From: Bispira polyomma
Lineage: Eukaryota
Assembly (NCBI GenBank): GCA_965649765.1
Contig: OZ287748.1
Location: 82,522,001 to 82,586,000 of the forward strand
Length of the DNA: 64,000 nt
Direction: 5' to 3'
A model generated the notes under the pieces. The model made no database searches and was not told where the DNA came from. It saw nothing but the letters and a program-made list of their open reading frames with translations. How positions within the stretch are numbered: position 1 is the stretch's first letter; every line of letters begins with the position of its first letter. Both the position numbers and the translations under genes were made by a program. Below, piece by piece: positions 33,961 to 47,129 of the stretch.

Positions 33961-36900
33961 TATATGGTCCTTCTACAAATATTTTGGACAACTAGAGAAA
34001 AATAGCAGTGAGTTTAATTTTGTAGAATTTGGAATTTTACTGGCAGAAAAGTTAACATTGTAAAGGTTACACAGGATGGCGGATCCGTATAATTTTGAAA
34101 CAAATATAACAGTGTGAGCATACACACGGAAGGCAGATTTGGATCCGGCGTCCCAGAAAAAAATTTACAGAAACGTTATGTCTAATATTCGGCAGATCCG
34201 GATCTTTGCCAAGCACCTGCAAAGTAGCACAAAATTTATGATTTATTATCTCCCAATAGTAAGAATATAGACCTGTCTTAATTAATTTTCTCACTTTATT
34301 TAGTTGTTTCTTCAGATACACAATACAGTTTCTTTCAACAACAATGACACTCATATTCTATCACTTTTAAAAACAAATGTTAATTGCAACTTACATCACA
34401 ATATAATCCACTTCACCAACAGAAAATTCAATGTAGTTCTAAAAAACACAGAGTCAACAAAGTGAAAATGTAATAAAATATGAAGCAAAACCCCAATTTT
34501 CGTGTTTTGGAGCACATTCTATGCGCATAATTCGCATGGATTTTCGGTTCAGTGTCAACTGAAACAAACAATATTTTTTTTCTGATAATTATACAGATCC
34601 CAATCCAGATCCATTCTAGTGTAGATCTACCTTAAGAGTATATATATATATATATTTCACTGACAAAAAGCATTTTTAAGAGGTAGAAAGTAACTGGTAA
34701 CTGAACTGAGTTGTTACACTAAGAGTAATTATTGAGAAGGTATATCAATATCTAGAATTGACAAGGTTACCGTTTAACTTAAAGTGTTACTCGAGGCTGT
34801 TTGTTTTGTAAATTCTCTTTTAAACCGCTCATTAAAGTTTGTAAAGACAACAGTACATAGTTTGAATATCTTAATATAATAACCATTGTTTTTGCATACA
34901 AGAAAAAACATATTCATCCATATGTTCCACAATGCCGAGGGCTATTTGATAAACCAGAGAAAAGCCGTGTCAAACTAGTTACTTACTATTGAAAAAAGGG
35001 TGTTGTTACATTTTAACTCAATTGATTTATTGTTATAGAATAAAAACAAACACAATTTAGGTGAAACAGGTCGCCTCCTGGAGATGGTATTTATTTATAT
35101 TTCAGGATACAAAGAACCTTCTCTGTAAAGACATAATGTAATTGGGAGATTTACTTCTATCACAATGCCTGTGGTATAAGGTTTCAGCCGAAATAAAGGG
35201 CTTTGTTAAATTCTATTGCTTCATTATAATTTCTTTAAAGTTAGAAGTTTCAATACTGGTGTTACCTTTTTTATTTGACCATTAATGAATTTAGAATAAA
35301 ATTAAAGATAGCATTTTAAGTTGGCTTTACTTTTATCATGTACAATCAGATATATAGATTTAGGGCACCTCAACATACAAGTCATACGCCATAACTGTCA
35401 ACAAAAATAGACGACGTTTTGTCAGTTGAAATAGATCATTTTCCGGGGTTTTTTTTTCTCTAGTTCAGAAAATATGACATAGCAAGCTATTTAATATTGC
35501 CCTTAAATGTTTACCAAATATTTATTTTTTACCACCAGTGTCCCATTCAGTCTTATCAAATCAGAATTGCATTTTACATAAAATTAAACCTGAGGAATTC
35601 TATATTGCTAGTTAGCATCTTGTGGGTGGTATATTGAACCCTATGGAAGTACTCGTATTGCAATATCTTTTACTGCACAATTTATTAACTGTAGGTTTTA
35701 TTTTTGAATTCACCAACATCCACGTGTATCAATCAGTACAGGATTTCCTCTCCAATTAATTTGAATGCACCAAAAAAGAAGATGACGCAAATGTCAAGCT
35801 ATGAGATAGGGGCGGGGAGGGAAGTTAAGAATAATATTTAGATATTAAAAGCTACATACAGACTTTTACCTACTGGGACTTTAAATTTGCCTCCTCCTTT
35901 CTCTGTTTCCTTTCTAGCCCAGTTTACAAGTGTTCTTTGGTGGGATTAATTGACAAGCCTTTACATCTTGTGTCAAAAGATGATAAAAGAAATCTAGTAA
36001 ATAGATTAAATGGGGGGAGTGGGTTTTGGAATGGAATTATCTGTATTCAATGCATTCACATCTTTTAGGCCAAACAACATCTGGACGTCAATTTAGGACA
36101 GGGAAACAATGGAAAAATGATTCTTAAGATGCTTATTATTATGTCAGTTATTATTCGTGTGCTTTGCAGATGTGAAAGCATAGAATGTATTTAAGGCTTC
36201 TTTTAAATACTTTGCTTTACAAGGTTGTTCTAATTCTACATCTATTGTTACTGTCAAGAAATATGGTAACCCAATTTTCCTCACTGATAAGTTTAGTGTT
36301 TATTATATTTATTTATAGTAAGCAATGCTTTAACAGCTTGCAAATTGTAAGATACTGGATTTTTTTTTGTCAATTTAAAAATTAATATTTAAACCAGTAA
36401 TAAATAAGAACAAAAAAAAAATATCACTATGAGATGAAGTCACAGTAGATTGTCAAAAGTTATAAATTAAGTAGATCTTTACTAAAATTGAGTAGCATAT
36501 TTCTGTTGTATTGTGACCCACAGGTGTTTTCACTTAGCAAGCTGCACTGTCACTGTACTGTGTACAAGTTACACTGGGTTAGTAGGGGCAATATGATTGG
36601 CAGACAACAGCACCATTATTCCAGCCGCACATTGTCAAAGGCTCTTGCATAGTCTATTTATGACTCGAGTGGCTCTTGTGGTTTCATCGTTTTAAATCAA
36701 ATGAGAGATCCTTTTCAGCAGTCTGTGTGAACTCTTTAAGAGAGGACATACGTATGTATACCACATTAATGTAATAACCCTGTAAGCTATTGCAGTAAGA
36801 AGAATATGCCTATCTAAATAAACTGTCACTGCAAATGAGATTCCCAATCAAAAAGTGATAATGTATATATGAGGGAAAAGTGTTTGGGGTTTTGTGGTGT

Positions 36901-37456
36901 AGAAGGTTGAAAGGCCCCCCTACGAGGTGGGTGGGGAACTTGTTACACGGTTTAGTACCCTATTCACCCTCTCCCCCCTCCCACCCCTCCCTCACTAGGT
37001 AGGGTTACAGCAATATAGAACTGATAGTGAAAAAACTCAGCTCTCCACAATTACTAACATTTGTAATATTAAAATACATCTTAGTGTCAATATTATTTAA
37101 ACTAGAAAGGAAAAACCAGGTCAAATTAAAAGTATTCTCTTCTTCTACAAAAGACTGTCTCTCCTATCTCTACCTCCCTGTATAGTTGTTGTTTTAATAT
37201 ATTTCCTATTGCACTGGCTGGTGGCTTCAATAGATTGAATTAGACTTTTTAGGGTTTTTTTTTTGTGTGGGGGGAATAATGCGATAAATCATTGTGTTTT
37301 TGTCTACACCGATATCATTTTAAGGAAATATATCATTGAAAACAACATTTAAACTCTATCAAAATATACAACATGTCTCCAACAAAGGAAAACCCAAAAC
37401 CCTTTTGTCAGAAAGTAGGTGTATGTTAAACCTCTTTTGAAAAAGTTTTTTATTAA

Positions 37457-37715
37457 AGTGGTGATTCCACTTTCAAGTTTGATCGACAAAATCGACCCGA
37501 TTTCAAAGCCGGGAAGGTCGGGGTAAAAGAATTAATATAATCCATTTTTGGGGCAGGAAAATGAAAATGTGGGGCCACCTTCCCATCCGATCGAACTTAT
37601 TCGCCGAAGCCCACCTGCCAGACCACCCCGTTTTTGCTCCCCAACCTATATGAGCTTGCCCCAGACCTCAAAATTGGAAAGGTCGAGGATCAAATCAGCA
37701 TGGTGGAACCACCAT
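37457..37715. mobile_element. TTAA-flanked MITE (Kolobok/piggyBac-type)
   Basis: ttaa|agtggtgattccac ... gtggaaccaccat|ttaa. Confidence 0.65.
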
Positions 37716-37855
37716 TTAAAGAAAAAGATGAAATACACAAGTGGTGAATGATATTGTATGATATTATACCATTGTATCTGTTGGGTAAAAAAAATGTTTT
37801 TCTTTATTCAAGCCATTTACCATGATTAAGTATAGGACATTATCTCTATTTATAG

Positions 37856-38051
37856 GTACAGATCCAGACCGACCTATCCATATCCAAGATCTAGTAGTCA
37901 GTCCTATGCCGGTCACAATTCCAGGCAAAGTTCGGGTGTGGACAACCCTGAATATCACTGAGGATCTGCCTCCCCACATGGGTGTCAACATGTACGTCAA
38001 GAAACATGGCTTCTCCTTACCACTGCCCTGTGGGAACTACAGGAATTACTG
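37856..38051 (+). CDS. GM2A: GM2 activator-like protein, exon 2
   Basis: Acceptor ctatttatag and donor TG|gtaagt; 196 nt, phase 1 to 2; TDPDRPIHIQDLVVSPMPVTIPGKV...LPLPCGNYRNY resembles the GM2A 'I.SL...PDPI..PG.V...IPC' pattern. Confidence 0.9.
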
Positions 38052-38447
38052 GTAAGTGTGTGAGGCATTGTGTGTGGGAATTACTGGCACGTGTGTGAGG
38101 CATTGTGTGTGTGTGAATTACTGGAAAGTGACACTGTGTGAGGGAGTTTCAGGAATTACTGGTTAGTGTGTAAGACAGTGTGTGTGGCAATTAGAGGAAA
38201 TTATTGGTTATTGTGTAAGCCATTGTGTCTGGGAATTATTGGTTAGTGTGCACACCATTGTGTCTGGGAATTATAGGAATTACTAGTTAGTGTGTAAGAC
38301 AGTGTGTTGGGAATTACAGGCATTACTGACAAGTGTGTAAGCCATTGTGTGTGGGAATTACTGGTAAGTGTCTTGGACATTGTGCTTGGGCTGGGAATTA
38401 TTGTAATGACTGGTGTGTTAGACATTGTGTGTGAAAATTACTGGTAA
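38028..38447 (+). repeat. 33-45-bp tandem array derived from the exon 2 3' end and donor
   Basis: About 11 variants of gggaattactg|gtaagtgtgt.ag.cattgtgt. Confidence 0.9.
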
Positions 38448-41013
38448 CATCACCGATAATACACTCTTACTATGCTCTGAACTTGCTGATCAAGGTTTTA
38501 CACCTTTAGTTTAATTTGTACAAGAAACACACTGGGGTTACCTTAAACCAATGCTTATCATTTTGTCATTTTAGAGAGCTTTAAAGTTTATAATGGAAAC
38601 CTGATGTAATATATACTTTAGAACACACACATACATTTAGACCTTTTTACATTCTATTAAGTTTGAAAAAAGACAAAACAACTAAATGGCCCAACATACA
38701 GTTTATATTATACTAAATAATAGAGTATGATGGCATACATGTTTGTAAATTAAATGAAATAACATAGGTAAAACCTGTAATGATATAGGTTGTCATTCGT
38801 AATTATATGGTTTATCGATAGAATTACCATACGACACATCAAGTAAAGACCAAAATATAAGACCAGCCTTTGCGTTGAATATATGCATTCTTTTTAACGG
38901 GGACATTGAATTGATGAAACTATGTAGTCTTTTAGTGTTACCTATGTTTAGGTTTAATTATTTAGAGAAGACTGTGTACAAGACAAACCAATATTTATTT
39001 TCCTATTCTGTAACTAATCCTATTGGCTCAAATATAGGTCACGCAGAGGAATAGGAGCTAAACTTTAACCAAATATTAAAGCCAAAAATACCATGTGACC
39101 CATTTGTCTGCATTTGTATTACTTTCAGCTTCAAAAAATAATCTTTTGTGATTAGTACACAGGTTTATACTTGACGACATTTAGTGAATCCTGAACAGAT
39201 TTGCTATATGTTGTGTCTGTATCTTGAACTATTTTCCTGAAAAGAAAAGTCCAACTTGTTATTGATGTTAAACAATAGAAACCATACCTGACCACATTGC
39301 ACCAACAACATACTTGTTATTGTTCTGATAAAAAAATAAAATGCCTCTGAGCAAAATCCATTGTTTTTAGCCATAGTGAACCAGGGACACTGTAAAGAAG
39401 AGGAAATCAATTTAACTTAGTGCCTAAAGGGCGAGAGAGCTGTATTGTCAAAGTCAATTTTAAATTAAATAAAAAACTACACCTAAGAATGGATCCACTT
39501 TTGAAATATGTATTTTGGTATGAGTAGCCTGTTGTAATCACTTACACTGTATACAGGTAATAAAGTACAAGATTCTCTCCTTCTATATTCTGATCTCACC
39601 CTCCTCTGAACTTGCTTATTGTTATTGTTTTTGTTTCCCTCCATGTGGTTTGTCAAAGTAAGGGGATCTACTTCCCCATGGAAGTGTATAGCACTGACTT
39701 CTGTTATTAGTAACAATCTTGGAGAACACTCTGTGTCCATAAAACCATGGCTCAAGAGATAATACTCAAAAAACATTGTTTGTAAATTGCATCCAATAAA
39801 TGTCAAGTATTTATCAGGGTGTGTTTGATATCTATATATATTAAAACCTAATAGAATCAAAATGAAAATTCATAATGATATAAATCTGTGACAATGAGAA
39901 AACATTTCTTGTCCAAATGATGGCCTCTTATAACCTATAATACGAGTATAAAATTTTTGTTTTCTTACATTTAATTTACAGGACAAGTTTTAGGTGTTGA
40001 CGCTTTTGTTATCTGATACTGTTATCTGATCATTATACGGCTCTGAATAAATGAATGCATCTGAATGGCACTTTGTTTCGCCATATCAAATGCTTTTTGT
40101 GAATCTACATAACTCTACAGAATAGGGGGACTGTTTTTGTTCTATTCTACAAAAACACACAATTGTTGAGAGGTCCTTTGGTAACAATAACACTTACACG
40201 CCATTAAGATCACCCATTATGATAATACAAACACAAAAATACTTCACACATCGTCTCTACAATTAGCCTGCCAAGGAGAAAGTGTAATTATTTTCTCCCC
40301 AAATATGAGCCTGTGCTGTTGAGAACACCAACCTCTGCGAGTCTGGAATGTCGAGTTGTTTCTAAGAACTAACAAGGAGGAAAATCAACTTGTTTAAATA
40401 AACAGAACTTGTTATTTAAAACACAAGATATTAAACAAGTGTTCAGTACAAACTCCTAGGGTGGATTTTCCTGAATCCAAACATATATTTAATTAAACCG
40501 ATAACTAGCTTCTTAACCTTGCTTTATTTTAAAGAAGGGGAAGCTTCACATAATAAAACACTTATCCAAAGTCATCCGGTTCTTTGGGAAATGTTTCTTC
40601 AAGCGGTCCTTTGGCTTTACATAAACCATTATTTGATTGGTTACGGCTTCCCTTAACCCTTTAGAAGAAAAAAAATCCACAAATGACACATCTTTCGGGT
40701 AGTTCTATTATTGGTCAATGGAAATTAATCGATTTATTCATGCTATTAAGGTATAATTTTTCCATATTTGAGCCTCAGAAGGGCTACTTTACATGGAAAT
40801 TATAGGTGTTCCGTGATATCCTTGTTTAAATGTGCACCTGCACCTTATGACAATAACAGTATGATAACTACGATTGGTTTCTGATTTTTCTCTGGATAAG
40901 ACATTGACAATTTTACCACATTTTTTCAGTTATGCAGAAAATGTAACCAACTGCAACAAGTTATCAATTTACTAAGATTTTAACATTATGTATCTACTTG
41001 TTTGTTGTTACAG

Positions 41014-41188
41014 CCACTACAAAGACATCTGCAGTATTATGAGGGCCTATTACACAGAGAAATGTCCCAAAGTGCTGCGGAAGCAGGGCCTTCAGTGCTC
41101 CTGTCCGATCCAAGCCGGTGTCTACAGAGTGGACAAACTCAGGTTTCCTTTACCAGACGTACCAGATGTCTACAAGAGATACTTAGAG
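41014..41188 (+). CDS. GM2A: GM2 activator-like protein, exon 3
   Basis: Acceptor ttgttgttacag and donor GAG|gtgtgt; 175 nt, phase 2 to 0; CHYKDICS...CPKVLRKQGLQCSCPIQAGVY matches 'C.Y..FC...CP..L...GLPC.CP...G.Y'. Confidence 0.92.
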
Positions 41189-41700
41189 GTGTGTACTCTA
41201 CTTAGATTTAACCATATCCAAGTAGATCCAAAGGTTACTAGAGGCTTGTACTCTGATTAGATTTGTAATTACTAATTAGATGTAAACACACATCTCCAAG
41301 AATATCCAAAGATGCCTTGAGGCTTGTACTGTAACTAGATGTAGATATATCCAAGTAAATCCAAAGATACTAAAATGTGTGTTCTCTAACTAGATGCAAA
41401 TAGTTGTATCCAAGTCTCCTAAAGATTCCTATAGGCGAGAACTCTCACTAGATATAGAGATATGTATCCAAGTTTATCAAAAGATTTCTAAAGGCCTGTA
41501 CTCTCACTAGATGTAAATATATATATCCAAGTTTAAAAAAAGATAAAAAGAGATTTGTACTGTAACCAGATATAAATGGTTTTATCCAGGTGTTTCAAAA
41601 GATATATAGAGGTTTGTACTCTGCTCAGATGTAAATAATTTTATCCAAGTATGTCCAAAGATACATATAGAGGTTTGTTCTCTAATTAGATGTAAATAGT
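41172..41700 (+). repeat. ~60-bp tandem array derived from the exon 3 3' end and donor
   Basis: About 9 variants of aaagata.t.agag|gt.tgtactct.actagatgtaaata..tatccaagt. Confidence 0.88.
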
Positions 41701-42280
41701 ACATGTGTAGTAGAATGCTTATAGTTTTGGAACATTGTAAAACATTTATAGGGCTTCCACAAAAAAATATGGAATGATACAAACCCAGTCTACACCTGCA
41801 GGAACCAATACAAGATTTTCAGCAAAACTAGAAATAAGAAATGCTTTGTATCGTAAATAAAAATAACCCTGCAAATAGAATTAACATCTCTTCTAAAAGA
41901 CCACCTGAAGAATGTCTCTATGTCCAGGTCTTCTGTATAACATGTAATAACAGACCACCTGTCTTCAAAGAACACTTCTGATATTGCTATTAATTACGAG
42001 TATATCTGCCACTGTATCAGCATGTCCACTTTTATAGGGTATTCTCCAACAGTGTTTGCATTGGTATATGTCTCACATGCTGATGTGCAGGATCAAAATA
42101 GCAAAATCAAAGTGTACAAGCTTTGTAATTGCATGTACACAAACACAATTACCCATTTAAAGTGTCTTATAGTTCAAAATATTCATTTCTATGTCATGGT
42201 CGGTTCTATTGTATGATACGTCTGAATATCCAATAGTTTTATACATTGTAATATAACCACTTAAACCACTCTATTTTCAG

Positions 42281-42412
42281 GGCAAATACGACCTGAAATT
42301 GCAGATTTTCGACGAGACCAACAAGCGGGAATTGGGTTGTGTGCAGTTGAGGTTTTACGTGGAAGAAAGGCGGACTTCAAAATTTTCTAGTTTGTTTCCC
42401 ATCAACTCTTAG
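42281..42412 (+). CDS. GM2A: GM2 activator-like protein, exon 4 (terminal)
   Basis: Acceptor ctattttcag; GKYDLKLQIFDETNKRELGCVQLRFYVEERRTSKFSSLFPINS*. The spliced CDS is 630 nt (209 aa) with 8 mature-domain Cys, as in GM2A. Confidence 0.92.
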   Translation, partial: GKYDLKLQIFDETNKRELGCVQLRFYVEERRTSKFSSLFPINS

Positions 42413-43153
42413 CAACGGAAGCGGAAAGGTTCTTACTAAATACCTTTGTGATATTATGTAAGCAGTGGTGCTGTGTACGTCACCCCGAGTCTGGGTTTTA
42501 ATACTGTTTTGTGAACTGAAGCGAATCAGACGTGACTGAACATATTAAATTAGAGAGGTTGCCCAATACGTTTCTGTCTCCCGCTGAGGCAAACATAACA
42601 AGAATGACGTCATCAATTTGTGTTTAAAACGTCATAGTGCTACGGTAAAATATATCGTTTTGTACGCAAGTGATGCCTGACTTACATGAGTAGTTTCCTT
42701 TAAAAATTTTTAGTCCACTGATTAACCATATTTTTCAAACCTTTATGTACATATCTATCAATGTATATGTGTAGAATTGTTTTAAAACTTTTGCCTAACT
42801 AAATGAGATACATTTAATACACAATAACCTGAATTCAAAGCAGTCCTTCAAAACTCATGCTAAATACTGATCGAGAGATGGTGGCTGCAAACCAAAATAT
42901 TCACTTGTTTGGTTGTTAAAAAAACAGTTTATCAAAACTTTGAATAACAAACCTACTGGCTGAAGATACAACTTTAAATTCTTTTTAAAGTCAAGAAAAG
43001 CAAATATTTTGCTTATATTTGCAAAGCTCCATGTTTTAGACTATTTTTTTTACCGCCGCTGTGCGCAACAACGAAGGGTCCCTTGATAAATCCGTAAAAT
43101 TAGTTCTTATTATATTTACGTTAGCAGGCCAGAGAAACGCAGTATCTCTTCTA

Positions 43154-43758
43154 TCCTGGTCAAACCTACATGTTCTAGAGCTACGTTTGTGTCACGTTGT
43201 GTTAATTTTGGAAACGTTTTGAAATGTAGTAGGAAGTGAGGATCCATGGTGTGTTCGTTCCATGACGTTGATTAATGGATGGTATCGTTCCGGAAACATC
43301 TCTGTTTCGTCTGCTGCGACGATTGTTTCAAACGGTTTGAAACGTTTCAAACTGTTTCAAACGGTTTGAAACAATCGTGGCACAGCTCCTATTTCTTCCC
43401 GTTTCTCTGTTCGTCCTAAAGCGTTTCAGAAAGTAGCATATATGTATCATTAAGTAGCTCTACGAGTAGTAGGTAGTGAGGAAGTAGCAAAACGAAGCAG
43501 AACGCACCGGTAAGTAGAAGTCAGTAGCTCTACCTTATAGTAGGTAGTGATATCCTACCAGTAGGTCCGTTTTTGCGCTCCATGTGTACAAGTACTAACA
43601 TCGTCACGAAACGTCAAAAAACGTCACAAAAAAGTCACAAAATGTCACAATCGACCATTTATGAATATGACGTCACTTTGAAACAAAGCTACCATGTTTT
43701 CAATTTGTATTGCTTTGCTACGTTGTGAGACGTTAGCATGTGTAGGTGTAACCAGGCC
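43154..43758. mobile_element. Harbinger-type MITE, copy 2
   Basis: cctggtcaaacctaca ... tgtaggtgtaaccagg; same orientation as 25520-26075. Confidence 0.8.
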
Positions 43759-45264
43759 AACATTGTGTAACTTTAAATAGTTGAATATGTGTACAGTTTT
43801 CAACCATGTGATGATGGTGATGAAATTATAAACCATTGCATTGTAGTGTACAGGAATATATTTGGCGTTTTGGTCCCCAATAATAGTAACTTTTACTTGA
43901 GTTTCTTAAATACTTGCAGATATAGAATATAGAATAATTGTGGAACAGAAAGGATCCTGTTAGACCCGGCAAGTGCGCTATTAGTTCATCATTTTACAGA
44001 TTATATTACTGTCAATTCCAAAATATACACTCAGCGGCTTGTTCTTTCATTGTTTCCATAAAGTGAAACCAGTACTACACTTTCTGTGGCTAGATTGATT
44101 CTTATTACCATTAATCCAACAATATTAATTAATATATGTCACAATTTAATTTATGTACTGACAAAGCCTCACTTATGGCAGTCTAATATATGCAAAAACA
44201 GGATATAAAAAACATAAGACAATGGTTTGCGTCACTGAGTGGCATCTCTGTGTGATATTGTGGACACATAAAAATAACAGTTTTTTCTATTCTGAATGAA
44301 GTTATAGTCCAATTATCTACTGCACACTTGAAATATTGTTGATGCATTTGATTTCATGCCCAGTGCATCTGTAATTTGGACCCAAGTTTGACATGGTAGT
44401 AATATTTCCCATTGTTTGATAACTTGGATCTTGTTGAGGCTCTGATTGTGAATAACGAATAACTTGACAATCAGGAAGAAGCTTCTCTTCAGCCTTCTGT
44501 GTATTACAAAACTTTTGTAATATACATAGTAACACCCCCCCCCCCCTCTCCTTGCAGAACATTTAAACTGTGTAAGTAGGTATATATTACAAACAGGTTC
44601 AACCCGATTCTTACCCATTGTAACCATATGTATAAGTTTACATGTAATCTGTACAGAATATGTAATTAAGAATATGATATCTGTGTATAAAATTAAAAGT
44701 TACATGACAACCTTTGCTTGAAACTGTTGCTTTCTTTTCAATAATTGAAAAACAAAGTTTCAGTGAGAAGTAAAGATGACGACATTAGTAGTGGAGACCA
44801 CCAAGGGACAATGTCGTGTGTGGGGGAAGAGGGCCTGATATCAATATGATACACCAACTGTTAGATCTTTAGAAAGGGAGCAACAGTGTTAATATAGATA
44901 TATAGTGTGTCAAGTGACCTAATCACGTGTCTGATTCTATTAATGTATGTACATAGAAGCTGGGTGTACATAGGTCTGTAGTGTAATTTAATTGGCTCAG
45001 TCTAGAGTTAAATTGATGTGATATCCTATTATATATTTGATTTTAAACCTCTTGTGTTAATGTTATAATGACTTTGGCAAGGTTGTGTAATTATATATAT
45101 ATAAGTATATAGAGATATATATATATCACTTGAATCTGCTATAACTTTATGGTTTACTGTAAAATAAAGGTGTAAATACAACATTTCGGGTTTTTTTTTT
45201 ACTGATAGCTCCGGATGTTTAGTTGCAACAGATAATGTTACTGAGATCAAATAACTCTATATAT

Positions 45265-45437
45265 CTACTGGCTTCTTTGTGTACCTTCTTCATGTGAGAA
45301 AGTTTGTCATGTACTTGCCGCAGATCAAAGCTTTACAGTGCTTCAACACTGGTTTCTTCCACAACTAAACCTAACAGTCACAATATGACCTGAGATGTTG
45401 AAAGCGACGTAAAAACCCAACTAAAATTCAAATTCAA
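45265..45437 (+). mobile_element. SINE family B, 5'-degraded
   Basis: catgtgagaaagtttgtcatgtacttgccg...gttgaaagcgacgtaaaaacccaa. Confidence 0.8.
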
Positions 45438-45672
45438 TGTGTTCAAACTTGTTTAAGAAAGAACAACATCAGAAAATACAACTTTTTACACAGACCATTT
45501 AGTCTACAATATATCGTTTATTCATATCAGTGGGTGGCACTTGGTCTCTATACTAGGAAATACAATTTTCAAAATGTTTAAAAAATGGTTTGACAATGTT
45601 TCCCAGTTTTCTCCAGTGACAAAGTTGAAAAAAAGGAAATTTGGTGCAACATCAGGGGTATATGTCCCAAGA

Positions 45673-46665
45673 GGTGGACGGACGTTTTGGACACGGACAT
45701 TTTAAACACGGACGTTTCGGCCCAGGACGTTCCAGCCTAGGATGTTTTGAACAGGCCTTTTTTTCAAGGGTGGATGTTTCAGACATATATTTTTTTATGT
45801 AAATTTTTCTTTTATTTCTGAATGAAGACATAAAATTAGAATGCTGGTAAAAACATTTATTGTGCATCATTTTCATCAGCATTTATCTCTATACTTTAAC
45901 TGAACAAATCTAGTCAACACCGTTTTAAACAAGATACATGTACATTAAAAAGACTGTCATTTTAAATGTTTGGCTGACCACCTCTCAAGTTGTGGCTCAC
46001 ACCTCGAAGAAAATCTGCTATGGACTTGCGACCTAAAGATCTGTCCTCACAAAGATTGCGCAATCTAGTTTGAAGTTCTGTGTAGATTTTCTTGGTCCAC
46101 TTTTTGGGTCTTATACCACGCTCATCCTGAAGAAGGACAGCAGAAACCGGAGCACATTCAGTTTGTACGCATTCTATTAGTTTCCAGACTGTCAGGTGGC
46201 TTTGGCCAACATGGCTCTGGAATTTGTTGTTCCAACCCTCTGACACGTTGTGGGTCGTGGTTGGTCAGCAAGTGTCACATCATGCATATTCCATTGAGCA
46301 GGAGAAAAGATGGGTGGGATGCGTCAAAACCTAAGTCGAAGACCATCTTGTCTGGGTTTTACGCTGCATCCCTCTTTCACCAGAAAAGCTAGTTTCATAT
46401 AATCAGAAGATTCCCTTTATTATTATATACTAGATTTAAATAAGTATAAAGTTTATGCTAACAATGGGTAAATTTGAAGTCTTTTGTTGGGATACCATAA
46501 TAAATGTTTTGAACAGAAATCTAAGTTCCCATGTGCACTGGTAAAGAAAGAAATTTAAAGAAATTTATATAAATAAAAAAAATCTGTCCGAAACGTCCAC
46601 CCTTGAAAAAGGCCTGTCTGAAACATCCTAGTCCGAAACGTCCAAGGCCGAAACGTCCTACATTC
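45673..46665 (-). mobile_element. Mutator (MULE) internal-deletion derivative
   Basis: Long TIRs built from ggacgtttcgg/ccgaaacgtcc repeats; 9-bp TSD gtcccaaga/atcccaaga; contains the transposase C-terminus (WNMH...NVSEGWNNKF...TVWKLIE) at 45962-46330. Confidence 0.85.
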
Positions 46666-46886
46666 ATCCCAAGATAGTCAGTTATTTTCTGCAAACTCAA
46701 ACAACATAATAAATTATCACAGATATCATAATGTAAGGATAAAAGCTGACAAAATATCAGATAGCAGAAGCAACTAAATGTACATAAAACCCTCTTATAT
46801 TAACTTTATCCTTTTTATTAACTTGCCTTTCCAAATATTGCAAATCACTAATGAACTTAAATATTTTCTCAGTGTACAACTAATAA

Positions 46887-47129
46887 ATTTGAATTTGGAT
46901 ATTTAACGTCCACTCTAGTACCTTTTAGTAGGTTATATTGGGACGGTTAGTTAAAAACGCTGGAGGAAACACTGCATACAGTCGGTCAAGGTTCTGCAGA
47001 GAAACCAGCGGCCCACAGTAAGGAACTACCACCTTTCCCACATAGGCATCGACGGGATTCGAACTCACGCCGCCCAGAGGTGAGAGACCAGTGATTGTGA
47101 AGCGCGGTGCTTGCTAACCACTAGCCCCT
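46887..47129 (-). mobile_element. SINE family A
   Basis: 12-bp TSD tacaactaataa at 46875-46886 and 47130-47141; absent from the left arm. Confidence 0.93.

Noticed and set aside
34072-34620. Cluster of ggatcc/cggatc motifs as a possible hAT or Helitron relic
   Set aside because: Ends and TSD could not be defined well enough to call.
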